From contig CAVPFY010000006.1 in the NCBI GenBank assembly GCA_963703905.1, positions 198,841-262,840 on the forward strand: DNA of 64,000 bases, in the 5' to 3' direction. This document shows positions 38,556 to 52,160 of the stretch, piece by piece. A program made the translations under genes and the position numbers. This DNA is from an uncultured Chloroflexia bacterium. Lineage in GTDB: Bacteria; Chloroflexota; Dehalococcoidia; DSTF01; WHTK01. A model generated the notes under the pieces. The model did no database searches. It was not told where the DNA came from and worked only from the letters and a program-made list of their open reading frames with translations. The stretch's first letter is position 1. Every line of letters begins with the position of its first letter.

Positions 38556-39758
38556 CTAATCTCCCTCCAGGATGAGCGCGGCCTGCTCGCTCATGATGCC
38601 GCCGGTGCCTGATACGAAGGCCGTGTTGCAGTCCCGCACCTGGCGCTGCTCGCCACGGTGCATGACCTGACGCGCGGCTTCTGTGATGTGCGACATGCCG
38701 CCGGCGAGGCCTGCCTGGCCGAAGGAGAGCTGGCCGCCGTGCGTGTTCAAAGGGAAGTCACCCTTGTAGGTCAGGTCGTGCGAGTTCACGAACGCGGCGC
38801 CCTGACCTTTGCCGCAGAAGCCGGCGTCTTCGATGGTCAGCATCACTGTGATGGTGTAGCAGTCGTAAAGCGACACCATGTCTATGTCCGAGCGCTTCAG
38901 GCCGGTCATGCCGAAGGCCATCTCGGCGGCCGGGCCCACGGGCGTGGTCACAAGGTCGTCGGCATAGGTGGGCGTCTTGATCTCCAGATGTTCGCCGAAG
39001 CCGCGCACCCAAACGGGCCGGTTCTTCGAACGTCGCGCCGTCTCCTTGCCCGTCAGCACGATGGCGGCGCCACCTGAGACCGGCATCACGATCTCCAGCA
39101 TGTGCAGGGGGTCGGCGATCATGGGGCTGTTTATGACGTCGTCGATGGTGATCGGCTGGCCGAAGAAGATGGCCTCTGGGTTGGCGCAGGCGTTCGTGCG
39201 CTCATCGACGCAGATCTTAGCCATCGCGCGCGGGTCGTAGCCGAACTGGGCGCCGTAACGCTGAGCGATCATGGCGTAACCGCAGTTTTGGGCCACATTG
39301 CCATAGGGTATGTCGAACTCGGCCTGAGGCGAGCCAAAGTTGGCGCTGGAAGCTCCGAAGCCCATGCCGCCGAGACGGTGCGTGGCGTTCGGCGGCGGCG
39401 GGCCCGGCATCGAGGGCAGGGCGCAGACGACGACGTCGGCCACGCCCAACTCGATGGCCGCGGCGGCGCGCCAGACCATGCCGGCCGCGGTGGCGCCGCC
39501 GAGGTCCACGACCTCGGCGAAGTTCACCTTCGCGCCGAGGTATTCGGAGATGGTCGAGGGAACGAACATCGAGGCCTCGCGAATCGAGGAGGAGGAGCAG
39601 ATGCCGTCCACCTGGCGCGCAGGGATGCCGGCGTCCGCCAGCGCCGTCCGCGCTAGATCAGCCCACTGCTCGATCGCGAGCTTGAAGGGGCCTTCCGGCC
39701 GCCGCTCCGGCCTGTACTCGGCCACGCCAACGATCGCCGCTTCGCCCCTGAGTCCCAA
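38556..39758 (-). CDS. SCPx-type thiolase (thiolase-like domain protein)
   Basis: 400 aa, ...GNVAQNCGYAMIAQRYG...HGGQLSFGQAGLAGGMSHITEAARQ. Paired with the DUF35 gene. Confidence 0.8.
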   Translation of the reverse strand: MGLRGEAAIVGVAEYRPERRPEGPFKLAIEQWADLARTALADAGIPARQVDGICSSSSIREASMFVPSTISEYLGAKVNFAEVVDLGGATAAGMVWRAAAAIELGVADVVVCALPSMPGPPPPNATHRLGGMGFGASSANFGSPQAEFDIPYGNVAQNCGYAMIAQRYGAQFGYDPRAMAKICVDERTNACANPEAIFFGQPITIDDVINSPMIADPLHMLEIVMPVSGGAAIVLTGKETARRSKNRPVWVRGFGEHLEIKTPTYADDLVTTPVGPAAEMAFGMTGLKRSDIDMVSLYDCYTITVMLTIEDAGFCGKGQGAAFVNSHDLTYKGDFPLNTHGGQLSFGQAGLAGGMSHITEAARQVMHRGEQRQVRDCNTAFVSGTGGIMSEQAALILEGD

Positions 39759-40182
39759 GGTGTGCCTCCGTTTCGACCGTCAATGTAGCAGACGCGCCAC
39801 GCAGACCAGTCCTTATCCAACTCACTAACCGTGGCGAAGGCAACGCCGCCGCGATCTATCAGGAGCATGCCGAGCGAGGGGTGGCGCCTGAATCGACTGG
39901 CAGAGCGGCCGATCGGCCTGCTAGTCTGGATCTGCCGGCTGGGTGCGCCGATGCAAGCTAGCGCCCGCGGGTCGGGCTTCGTGGTGGTCGCTGCGGTGGG
40001 GATGCGGTAACCGGGGCTCGATCAGTGGCGTGCGGCCGAGAGCACCGGCTCCCCGGCCGGCTACTTTGTGGCGTGCCACCTTGTGGGTCGCTGCCGCGAC
40101 CGCGGATCCCGCGCGGGTCCGGCGTGTTGAGTGTGGCGTGGGTGCTGCGCCGTGGGGCCGGGATTCTTCGTCCCTCCTTACG

Positions 40183-40240
40183 TCGCTCCTCAGAATGACA
40201 ATTTTGTGAAGTCGCTCCTCAGCGTGACACTTTTGCAGGG
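40183..40240. repeat. Two tandem ~29-bp direct repeats (TCGCTCCTCAG-N2-TGACA-N2-TTTTG...) in the malic-enzyme upstream region
   Basis: tcgctcctcagaatgacaattttgtgaag / tcgctcctcagcgtgacacttttgcaggg, about 45 bp upstream of the ORF start. Confidence 0.7.
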
Positions 40241-40282
40241 CCTCCTGGCCCTATCGCCGCGACGGGCGCGCCTTATAATCTA

Positions 40283-41805
<1,523 letters not shown>

Positions 41806-41809
<4 letters not shown>

Positions 41810-42303
41810 TCCAAAGGCTACGAAGCCTGCTCACGATCGACCGGCTGGCGCCTGAGCTCAAGTCGTCCCGCTGGGCGCGCGCGGCAGCCGGGGTTTCGGC
41901 CGCCCTGGTCCTGGGACTGGCAGCCGGCGGCACGGCGCTGGGCTTCTGGCTCAAGGACAGCCGCCCGGGGACGACGATCGAGTTCTACCACAGCTACGAA
42001 CCGTTCGGTCAGGCGGCGGGGGCGCGACTGATCTACTACCCCGAGATGAAGACGGTGGTGGTCAAAGGCTGGCTCATGGACCCGCTGCGCGGCAGAGGCG
42101 TGTACCAGGTCTGGGCGGTCGAGGAGGACGGCTACAAGTCGCTCGGCATGGCCGATGCCCTGGATTACGTCGGCTTCGCACTCGTGGCGGAGGGCGCCGA
42201 CCTTCGCGGCGTAGACCGCATCGTGATCAGCATCGAGCCTCCCGGCGGCAGCCTCACCGGCCCGACCAGGTCGCCGTTGGTGGAGCTGATCCCGGGCGCC
42301 TGA
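41806..42303 (+). CDS. Membrane protein with anti-sigma-K (RskA) C-terminal-like domain
   Basis: TM helix AAAGVSAALVLGLAAGGTALGFWL, then ...YQVWAVEEDGYKSLG... resembling the RskA periplasmic domain. Confidence 0.45.
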
Positions 42304-42466
42304 TCGCCGGCTGCGCGCGCGGCTCCTGCTGTCCTCCCCGCCTTGCCTTCGACCCGGTGACGCCCAGAGAACGCCGGAATGACACCGGGGGGCCCGTCGG
42401 GATGGCAAACGGCCGTGGGAGGCCGGGCCGTTGCCTGTTGTCACTCGCAACTCATAGGCTTGACGC

Positions 42467-43321
42467 ATGATCGAGCCTGAATCGCGTTACTTCGAATCTT
42501 CACGCTTGCGCCTGCACTACAGCGCCTGGGGCGACGAATCAAAGCCGCCGCTGCTCCTTGTGCACGGCAGTCGCGACCACGCCCGCAGCTGGGACTACGT
42601 GGCCCAGCGCCTCCTTGACCGCTACGCCGTCTATGCCCCCGATCTTCGCGGCCACGGCGACAGCGATTGGGCGATCGGCAGCCAGTACAGCATCATCGAG
42701 TACGTGGTCGATCTGGCGAAGCTGGTCGAGACGCTGGACCACGGGCCCGTGACGCTTATTGGCCACTCGCTCGGCGGCGGCGTGGTTATGGAGTACGCCG
42801 GCACCATGCCGGAAATGGTCTCGAAGGTGATCGCGATCGAGGGCATGGGGCGCTTCCGCGGCATGCCGCACAGGCCGGCGAACGCGCGCATGCGCGAATT
42901 CGTGCGCTCTATGCGGGAAATGGAGGCCTGGACGCCTCGCACCTACCCGACACTGGAAGACGCGGCGAAGCGGATGCAAGAAAACAATCGCCGGCTCAGC
43001 CCCGACATGGCGATGCACCTGACCGTGCACGGCGCCCGCCGCCTGGAAGACGGGTCCTACACCTGGAAGTTCGACAACTTCATCCGCGCCCGCGGGCCTT
43101 ACGAGTGGAACGAGGAGGACGCGCGCTCGATCTGGGCCGCCATCACGGCGCCGGTGCTGCTCGTCGGCGGCTCCGAGAGCTGGCACTTCGACCCCAAGCG
43201 CGACGGCTCGGCCTCCGTGTTTCAGGACATGCGCTCCGTGACCATCGAAGGCGCCGGCCACTGGGTGCACCACGACCAGTTCGAGCGCTTCGTCGAGGTC
43301 GCGGGCGCGTTTCTGGCTTGA
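42467..43321 (+). CDS. Alpha/beta hydrolase
   Basis: LLLVHGSRDHARSWDY and TLIGHSLGGGVVMEYA (GxSxG). Confidence 0.7.
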   Translation: MIEPESRYFESSRLRLHYSAWGDESKPPLLLVHGSRDHARSWDYVAQRLLDRYAVYAPDLRGHGDSDWAIGSQYSIIEYVVDLAKLVETLDHGPVTLIGHSLGGGVVMEYAGTMPEMVSKVIAIEGMGRFRGMPHRPANARMREFVRSMREMEAWTPRTYPTLEDAAKRMQENNRRLSPDMAMHLTVHGARRLEDGSYTWKFDNFIRARGPYEWNEEDARSIWAAITAPVLLVGGSESWHFDPKRDGSASVFQDMRSVTIEGAGHWVHHDQFERFVEVAGAFLA

Positions 43322-43357
43322 GCGCGCCTTCGGGAGGTCCTACGCCCGCCGGCCTTC

Positions 43358-44212
43358 CTACTTGCGCCCCTCCAGCCTGTTCAGGAACGGGATGAAGATC
43401 GTGCCCAGGCGCTCGCGCGTCTCCTTGAGGATGTCCTGGGGCTCGCGCTCGGCCAGAGCGGCGACCTCGGCGTCGCTGCGGATGTAGTGCAGTTCAGAGT
43501 GCGGCAGAATCTGGTCCAGGCCTTCGCCGACCTTGCGCGGGTGGACGTCGTCGTTGCCGGGGACGATGCATGTCGGGACCGCGATCGCCTTGAGCTGGGC
43601 CTCGGTAGCGCCGATGACCGGCAGGTCCGCGCCCTCGGTGAAGAAGTCCTGCCAGCGTGACATAACGCGTTGGAAACGGGTGGGGTCCATGTCCATCAGG
43701 CGCTCTTTGTTCGCGGGGTTGCGTTCGATGCGCTCCTTGAAGAACTCGGTCTCGCAGACGGCGGTCATGCCCCCGCGCTGGGCCGCGTCGATGAACTGGC
43801 CATAGTAGTTGTAGCCCAGGCGCTCGGCCGCGACCTGGCCGCCCGTGACCCACCAGAGCAGGAGCCCGCGCGTCGAGCCGTGGTGGCGCATCGTCAGCAG
43901 GAGGGAGAGGCGGCAGCCGGCGGAGCCGCCGCCCGCGTACACGGGCAGGGCGCCGAGGCGCGTGAGGAGCTCGTGGAGGTCGTCGGCCCAGATCTCCTGC
44001 TCCGACTCCTCGCCTTCGATCATGACGTCGGAAGCGCCGCAGTTGCGGCGGTCGTGCAGCACCACGCGATAGCCGGCGGCGCAGATCGCCTGCCCCAGCG
44101 GCTTCACCGCCTCCATGCCGCCGCGCCCGCCGGGGGTGAGGACGACCCAGGGGCCGGTGTCGCCGAGGACCTCGTAGTTGATATTGACGCCGTTGATCTC
44201 GGCTATGGGCAT
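43358..44212 (-). CDS. Alpha/beta hydrolase
   Basis: WVVLTPGGRGG...LPVYAGGGSAGCRLSLL. Confidence 0.65.
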   Translation of the reverse strand: MPIAEINGVNINYEVLGDTGPWVVLTPGGRGGMEAVKPLGQAICAAGYRVVLHDRRNCGASDVMIEGEESEQEIWADDLHELLTRLGALPVYAGGGSAGCRLSLLLTMRHHGSTRGLLLWWVTGGQVAAERLGYNYYGQFIDAAQRGGMTAVCETEFFKERIERNPANKERLMDMDPTRFQRVMSRWQDFFTEGADLPVIGATEAQLKAIAVPTCIVPGNDDVHPRKVGEGLDQILPHSELHYIRSDAEVAALAEREPQDILKETRERLGTIFIPFLNRLEGRK

Positions 44213-45150
44213 GGCTGTCTCCTCCGTGCGGCTTCCGCCAGCTGTTTCAGTCCGCTTTCGAGAATATCGTCGTCATTCAGCGCCAAGCCACCGAGGACCT
44301 CGTGGTAGGGGAACAGGGAGCGATAGAACCGGGCACGCCGGGCGTAGGAGCGCGCCTCGGGCCCGTACGCCGCAATAGCGGCCTCCACGCCGGCCGGCGT
44401 CATGGCTTCCGCCAACGGCCCTTCGAAGATGCAGGTCCAGTCGAGAGCCGGGTCGCCGATCTCGACGTCGCCGAAGTCGATGACGCCCGTTGGGGCGCCG
44501 GTCGCAGGATCGACCAGCACGTGGTCGGCATTGAGGTCAGCATGGACGATGCAGGGTTGGTAATCGAAGTTCGAGTCGTCGCGCAGGAAGCTCTCGAAGG
44601 TCTCTTTCGCGGCCTCGCGGGCTTCGCACGAGATCAGGGGGAAGACCTCGCGGATAGTGCTTTCGTAGAAGGCGTCGAGGCGCTCGCGGGCGAGACCGCC
44701 GTAGGACTGACCTTCCAGGCCAAAGGCCGAAGCGTAGTCGCCCGGCGGCAGCGAATGCAGGGCGCTCAGGAAGCGGCCGATCGGCTCGGCGACGCCCGCC
44801 GACCTGAAGTCCGGCACCTTCGCGACCGGCTCGCCCGGTAGCCTGCGGTAGCCGACGAAAGGGTGGCCGTTCGGGCCGTCGTCACAAGTCAGGGCCATGT
44901 CCGGGACAGGCAGGGGCATCAACGGGGCGATCTTCGGCATCAGCAGACGCTCCCTGGCCTGGCTGCGGAGGGTGTAGTCGTGTTTGGGGATGCGGAAGAG
45001 ATAAGTTTCGCCGCCGGAGGGCGCCTCGAAGACCCAGGAATCCCACCCTTCGCTCATGAAGGCGACGGATGCGAAATTCAGGCTGGGAAAGCAGCCGCGC
45101 AGGGATACCTGGACTTCGTCGATGGAGGGCTTGCGGAAGAGGACGGCCAT
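44203..45150 (-). CDS. Phosphotransferase enzyme family (APH-like) kinase
   Basis: MSEGWDSWVFEAPSGGETYLFRIPKH, CIVHADLNADHVLVDP, IDFGDVEIGDPALDW. Confidence 0.7.
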   Translation of the reverse strand: MAVLFRKPSIDEVQVSLRGCFPSLNFASVAFMSEGWDSWVFEAPSGGETYLFRIPKHDYTLRSQARERLLMPKIAPLMPLPVPDMALTCDDGPNGHPFVGYRRLPGEPVAKVPDFRSAGVAEPIGRFLSALHSLPPGDYASAFGLEGQSYGGLARERLDAFYESTIREVFPLISCEAREAAKETFESFLRDDSNFDYQPCIVHADLNADHVLVDPATGAPTGVIDFGDVEIGDPALDWTCIFEGPLAEAMTPAGVEAAIAAYGPEARSYARRARFYRSLFPYHEVLGGLALNDDDILESGLKQLAEAARRRQPCP

Positions 45151-45235
45151 GTGAGTGGGGCGATCTTAGCACCGCGGTGGACGCTGCTCGGGGACAGGCG
45201 GCCGCCGTGCGGCACCAGCCCTGGCCTGACATCGC

Positions 45236-45392
45236 GAACATTCATCCTTCAGTCGGCCCGCGGGTCGTCGCAAACATTCATCCTTCAGTCGGCCTACCTG
45301 TCTGAATCTAGTCGCCTATGTCTGAATCATCCTGAGCTTGTCGAAGGTTCATCCTGAGCTTGTCGAAGGTTCATCCTGAGCTTGTCGAAGGA
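45236..45392. repeat. Composite repeat block of three families: AACATTCATCCTTCAGTCGGCC x2, TGTCTGAATC x2, and a 23-bp tandem TCATCCTGAGCTTGTCGAAGGT x3
   Basis: Read directly from the intergenic region between the APH-like kinase and typA. Confidence 0.85.
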
Positions 45393-45624
45393 CGGGTTGA
45401 GGACCGGCTCAATCGCGTCGCTGCTATACTGGATGAAAAGCCGAATCGGGCCGTGTTGGCGCGGCCCGTCTGATTCGAAGGCCAGGCTTCCTGCCTGGCC
45501 GGCTCATGTCAGGGCAAAAGTGGGCGGCTCCGCTCCGCGGACAACCGTCGCTCGCCCGGCCAGCACAAGAAAATTCGCGCCCAACCGCACAACCCGCGGC
45601 GATACACCGCCGATAAGGACCCGC

Positions 45625-47468
<1,844 letters not shown>

Positions 47469-47600
47469 CGCGCGCCGACCCGCCCAACCTCAAAGCGTTT
47501 AGTAGTCAGGGTGGTCTAATCGAGACGGCCGTTGCGACAGCCCGCGTTTTCGCAGGCTGGGGGCGCCACTTATGCGAAGTTGTAAGGCCAGTTAACACTT

Positions 47601-47864
47601 TTGTATAATCAGCCTCGGTTTACACCTTACAGGCTCGCTCGGTGGGGAGGCGTTGTGGAATCCAGTTTTCCGAAGTGTCAGCGATGTAAGAGTGGAGACC
47701 TGGTCCCCCTTTCCGACTTCGGCAGCCAGGGCGCGGCGATCCACTACAAGGCCTGGGCCTGCACCAATCCGGAGTGCGGCTACAACATCAAGATCCGCAA
47801 CGGCGATATCTACATGGATGAGCCGATCAGCAGCGGCCTGATGCACACTCAACGCGTCCGCTAA
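47601..47864 (+). CDS. Small zinc-ribbon protein (2x CxxC)
   Basis: KCQRCKSGDLVPL...CTNPECGYNIKI. The start may be an internal GTG. Confidence 0.35.
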   Translation: MYNQPRFTPYRLARWGGVVESSFPKCQRCKSGDLVPLSDFGSQGAAIHYKAWACTNPECGYNIKIRNGDIYMDEPISSGLMHTQRVR

Positions 47865-48098
47865 CCCCACCATCTTTCGCAAGCATCACTCGGACGTAGC
47901 GCCGGCCGCTTCAGCCGCCGGGAACGCGCCGCCGCGCTTCGATCCGGCGTAGACTATAGAGACGCTGACGTGGTGTGACGGTTTGGCACGTCGCCCTGTC
48001 AAGGCGAAGGTTAGCGGGTTCAACTCCCGTCGTCAGCGCCAGCCATCCTTCGAGACCTCGAAGGCACCACTCCTCGAACACATCAGGCGGACCGGCGG

Positions 48099-49421
48099 CT
48101 AAAGCGGCCGGCGCTGCTGACGGCGGCCGTCGCCGAGGGCGACGTAGCGCATGCCGGCCGCTTCGATGCGGCCGCGGTCGACGGCGCCACGGCCGTCCAG
48201 GAAGACCTTGCAGCCCTTAAGCGTCGAAGCGTCGAGGTCCAAGTACTCGCGGTGGGCCGCCTGCAGGATGACGGCGTCGATCGCGCCCGCGGGCGGCAGC
48301 GTCGACGCTTCGAAGCCCTGCGCCGCGATCTCGGCGGCGCTGAACAGCGGGTCGTGCACCAGGACGCGCGCGCCGCGGCGCCTTCAGCGCGTCCGCCAGC
48401 GAGCAGGGTGCTGGAGAAGCGCCGCTTCCTTGACGCCGCCGCGGTAGGCCAGGCCGAGGATCAGCACGAGCGCTTCTCATAGCCCGCCGTCGATCTCGCG
48501 GAAGGCCGCCTCCAGACGCTCGACCGCGTACGCCGCCATCGAGTCGTTGACCTCGCGGCCCAGGGCGATGAGGCGCTGGTCCGCGACGCCTCGAGGAGGA
48601 AGTAGGGGTAGACGGGGATGCAGTGCCCGCCGACGCCGAGGCCCGGCTGCGTGCAGGTGCGAGTACGGCTGCGAGTTGGCGGCGCGCGCGGCCGTCGGCG
48701 TAGTCGACGCCCAGGGCGTCGGCGGCGCGCGCCAGCTCGTTCGCCAGCGCGATGTTCACGTCGCGGTAGACGCTCTCGGCCAGCTTGGCGAACTCGGCCG
48801 TCTCGGCGTCCGGCAGCAGGATGACGTCGGCGTCCAGCACGCGACGGTAGAAGGCCGCGGCCGCCTCCCCGCTGGCCGCGTCGACGCCGCCGACGAGCTT
48901 CGGGTAGGTGCGCAGGTCGCGCAACATCGTGCCGGAGGAGACGCGCTCCGGGCTGTAGGCGAGGTGGAATTCGCCCGGCCTTGAGCCCCGACCGCGCTCG
49001 CAGGTCGCGCGCCGAAACGGCCGCCGCGTCACGCCGACCGGCACCGTGGTCTCGAGGATGACCAGCGAGCCGGCGCGGAGGCCGCCGCCGATGCCGGCGG
49101 CGGCCGCGTCGAGGTGGCGGAAGTCGGGCCGGCGCTCGCCGTCGATGCCGACGCGCACGATGCACGACGATGACGTCGCTCTCGCGAACACCGCGGGCGG
49201 TGTCCGTCGTCGCGCGCAGCCGGCCGGCGGCACGCGCCTGCGGCCAGCGCTTCGGCCAGGCCCGGCTCGCCCTCGACCGGGCAGGCGCCGCGTTGACAGC
49301 GTCGACGACGCCCTCGTCGACGTCGCAGCCGATCACGGACAGCGCCCTTGCTCGCGAACAGCGCCGCCAGCGGCAGGCCGATCTTGCCCAGCCCGACGAC
49401 CGCGACCTTCGGGTCGGCCAT
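48099..49421 (-). CDS. UDP-sugar 6-dehydrogenase (UDP-GlcNAc/ManNAc dehydrogenase, WbpA/WecC-like), at least 3 frameshifts
   Basis: N-terminal MADPKVAVVGLGKIGLPLAALFASKGA (Rossmann) | ...LVILETTVPVGVTRR...YSPERVSSGTMLRDLRTYPKLVGGVD...AETAEFAKLAESVYRDVNIALANELA | C-terminal ...AVILQAAHREYLDLD, spread across 4 ORF-track frames. Confidence 0.7.
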
Positions 49422-49435
49422 GGTTACACTTCTCA

Positions 49436-50455
49436 GGCCGGACGGGCCTGCCGGTCCGCGCCGATTCCGTCAGCGCGTCGACAACCGCCAGCGCCGCGAG
49501 CGCGTCGTCCGGCGTCACGGGCGGCGGCGTGCCGTCGCGCACGGCGGCCACGAACGCCGTCAGCTCCTCGACCAGCGGCTCCCGCGGCTCGACCACCGTG
49601 CGCACGGAAGCGCCGGCTCGCTGGCCGCGGACTTGCGGGCGGGCCGCCCTCCCTGGCCGGCGTCGTCTGGACGTCCTGAGCAGGGTGGAACTCGAGCGTC
49701 TGCGCTGCGGAAGTCGTCGTAGCTGGCGACCAGCAGGCCGCGCTCGCCGAGCACGCTCAGCTCGCGCACTTTGCGCGGCGACAGCCAGTTCACCTCCAGA
49801 GTCGCGACTGGCCCGCCGTCTTTCGAAGCGCACCAGGCCCATAAGCCCGTCTTCGAACGGCGTGCGCACGCCGGACTGCGTCTCCGCGTAGACGCTCTCG
49901 ACCTCGGCGCCGAGGACGCCAGCGCATCACGTCGATGTCGTGCAGGGCGCTGTCGTGCACGACGTTGACGTCGCGTGCGGGCGCACGGAAGTCGGCCAGG
50001 CGCCGCGCCGCCAGCTGCAGCACCCGCCCGACCTCGCCCTGCGCGGACACGGCGCGACGAGCTCCTGCACCGCCGGGTTGAAGCGCTCGATGTGGCCCGC
50101 CATCAGCGGCGACGCCCGCCGCTGCCGCCGCCTCGGCCATGCGCGCGCGCCTTCGGCCAGCGGTGGCGCCAGCGGCTTCTCGACCAGCACGGCGCAGCCC
50201 GCCTCGATCGCGGCGAGCGCGACGCGGCCTCGTGCAGCGCCGCCGGCACCGCGACGACCACCGCGTCGAGCCGTCTCGCAGCCAGCATGCGCTCGAAGTC
50301 CGTGTAGGTTGGGGATCGTCGACCGCGGCGCGGCGGCGAGCCGCGTCTCGTCGCTGTCGCAGAGCGCCGCCAGGCGCACGCCCGCCAGTCTCGCTGAGGA
50401 CGCGCGCGTGGTTGGCGCCGAAGCCCAGGCCGACGACCGCGACCGCGAGGGTCAA
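49436..50455 (-). CDS. Gfo/Idh/MocA-family oxidoreductase (WbpB-like), frameshifted
   Basis: [20 protein letters not shown] (NAD-binding N-terminus) and a C-terminal ...EELTAFVAAVRDGTPPPVTPDDALAALAVVDALTESARTG in another frame. The 3' boundary is approximate. Confidence 0.55.
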
Positions 50456-51577
50456 CCGCCACCTGCCTCAGCAGGCTCAGGGCCGGCGGGATGGGCCGCC
50501 GTCCACTCGTTGACCGCCGCGACGATGGCTCGAGGTCCGCCTGGCTCAGGCCGGGGTGCACCGGCAGCGAGAGCACCTCGCGGGCGAGGCGCGCGCCATC
50601 GGGCAGGCCTCGGCGCCGTAGCCGAGGTCGCGGTACAGCGGCTGCGCCGGCACCGGCGTCGGGTAGTAGACGCCGGTCTCGATGCCGCGCTCGCGCAGCC
50701 AGGCGGCGAGCTCGTCGCGGCCCTCGGGCACGCGCACCGTGTACTGGTGCCAGACATGCGACGGTCTCCGGAGCCGGCGCCGGCGGCAGGATGACGCCGC
50801 GCAGGTTCCGGCGAGAGGTAGGCGGCGTTGCGGCGGCGCCGGCGGTTGAACTCCGGCAGCTTCGGCAGCTGCGCCAGCGCGAGCGCGGCCGTGATGTCCG
50901 TCAGGCGGTAGTTGATAGCCCAGCTCGGCGCTGCTGTAGCGCTCGCGTCTCGCCGTGCGAGCGCAGGCGCCGCATCTTCGCCGCCAGCTCGCGGTCGTCC
51001 GTGGTGAGCATGCCGCCTTCGCCGGACGTCATGTTCTTCGTGGCGTAGAAGCGAGAAGCAGCCGGTGCCGAAGCTACCGGCGCGGCGCCCGCCAGGCCTC
51101 CGCGCCGTGCGCCTGCGCCGCGTCCTCGATCAGCGCCAGCCCGTGCTGCGGGCGATAGCCTCGATGCGGCTCCATGTCGCACAGCCGGCCGTAGAGGTGC
51201 ACCGGCAGCAGCGCCTTCGTGCGCGGCGTGATCGCGGCTTCGATCAGCGCAGGCGTCGATGTTGCCGTCCTCGCGGACGTCGACGAAGACCGGGCGCGCG
51301 CCGACCGCCAGGATCATGTTGGCGGTCGCCTGGAAGGTGAACGGCGTCGTGATCACCTCGTCGCCGGGGCCGATGCCGTGCGCCAGCAGCGCCAGGTGCA
51401 GCGCCGCCGTGCCGTTCGCGACCGCGACGGCCTCGCGCCGTGCCGCGAGACCTCGCGGCGAAGCGGCCCTCGAGCTCCCTGGTCACCGGCCCCGTTGGCC
51501 AGCTGGCCGGAGTCGAGCACCGCCAGCACGGCCTCGCGCTCTTCGTCGCCGATCAGCGGCTGGGCGATGCGGATCAT
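50452..51577 (-). CDS. DegT/DnrJ/EryC1 aminotransferase (WbpE-like), at least 4 frameshifts
   Basis: [29 protein letters not shown] | [27 protein letters not shown] | [19 protein letters not shown] | [23 protein letters not shown] | [14 protein letters not shown] | IVAAVNEW fragments in successive frames. Confidence 0.65.
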
Positions 51578-51699
51578 GGCCGCTCCGGCAGCGGCGGCAG
51601 GTCGTAGGTCTCGTCGCAGTCGGCGCAGGCCCAGGCGTCGCCGCGCTCTCCAGCGTGCGGCCGCAGCGGCAGGCGTAGCCCGCCAGCTGTCGCCGGGCT

Positions 51700-52160
51700 G
51701 CCCACGACGCAGCCCGTGGTCCGGCACGTCGCCGCGTCACGAGCGCGCCGGCGCCGACCATCGCCCAGCGGCCGATCGTGACGCCCGGCAGGATCGACGC
51801 GCCGGCGCCGATCGACGCGCCGTATTCGCACCAGCGTGTGCGACCGGCACCCAGTCCTCGTCGGAAAGCTGGCGGCCGTCCGGGCGCGATGGCGCGGGGG
51901 TACTTGTCGTTGGTGAAGGTGACGTGCGGGCCGACGAAGACGCCGTCTTCGAGCGTGACGCCGTGGTAGACGCTGACCCGGTTCTGCAGCTTGACGTGGT
52001 TGCCGATGACGACGCCGCTGTCGACGTAGACGCTGTAGCCGAGGTTGCAGTCGGCGCCGATGACCGCGCCGGCGCGCACGTGGACGTGGTGCCAGATGCG
52101 CGTGTTCGGGCCGACCTGCGCGCCCTCCTCGACTTCAGCGGTGGGGTGGATCACGCTCGA
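51700..52160 (-). CDS. Left-handed beta-helix (hexapeptide-repeat) N-acetyltransferase (WbpD/WxcM-like), frameshifted; boundaries approximate
   Basis: [88 protein letters not shown] then ...[28 protein letters not shown] in a shifted frame. Confidence 0.6.

Noticed and set aside
45327-45392. 23-bp x3 tandem repeat as a possible CRISPR array
   Set aside because: Repeats are contiguous with no unique spacers, far too few units, and no cas genes anywhere in the window.
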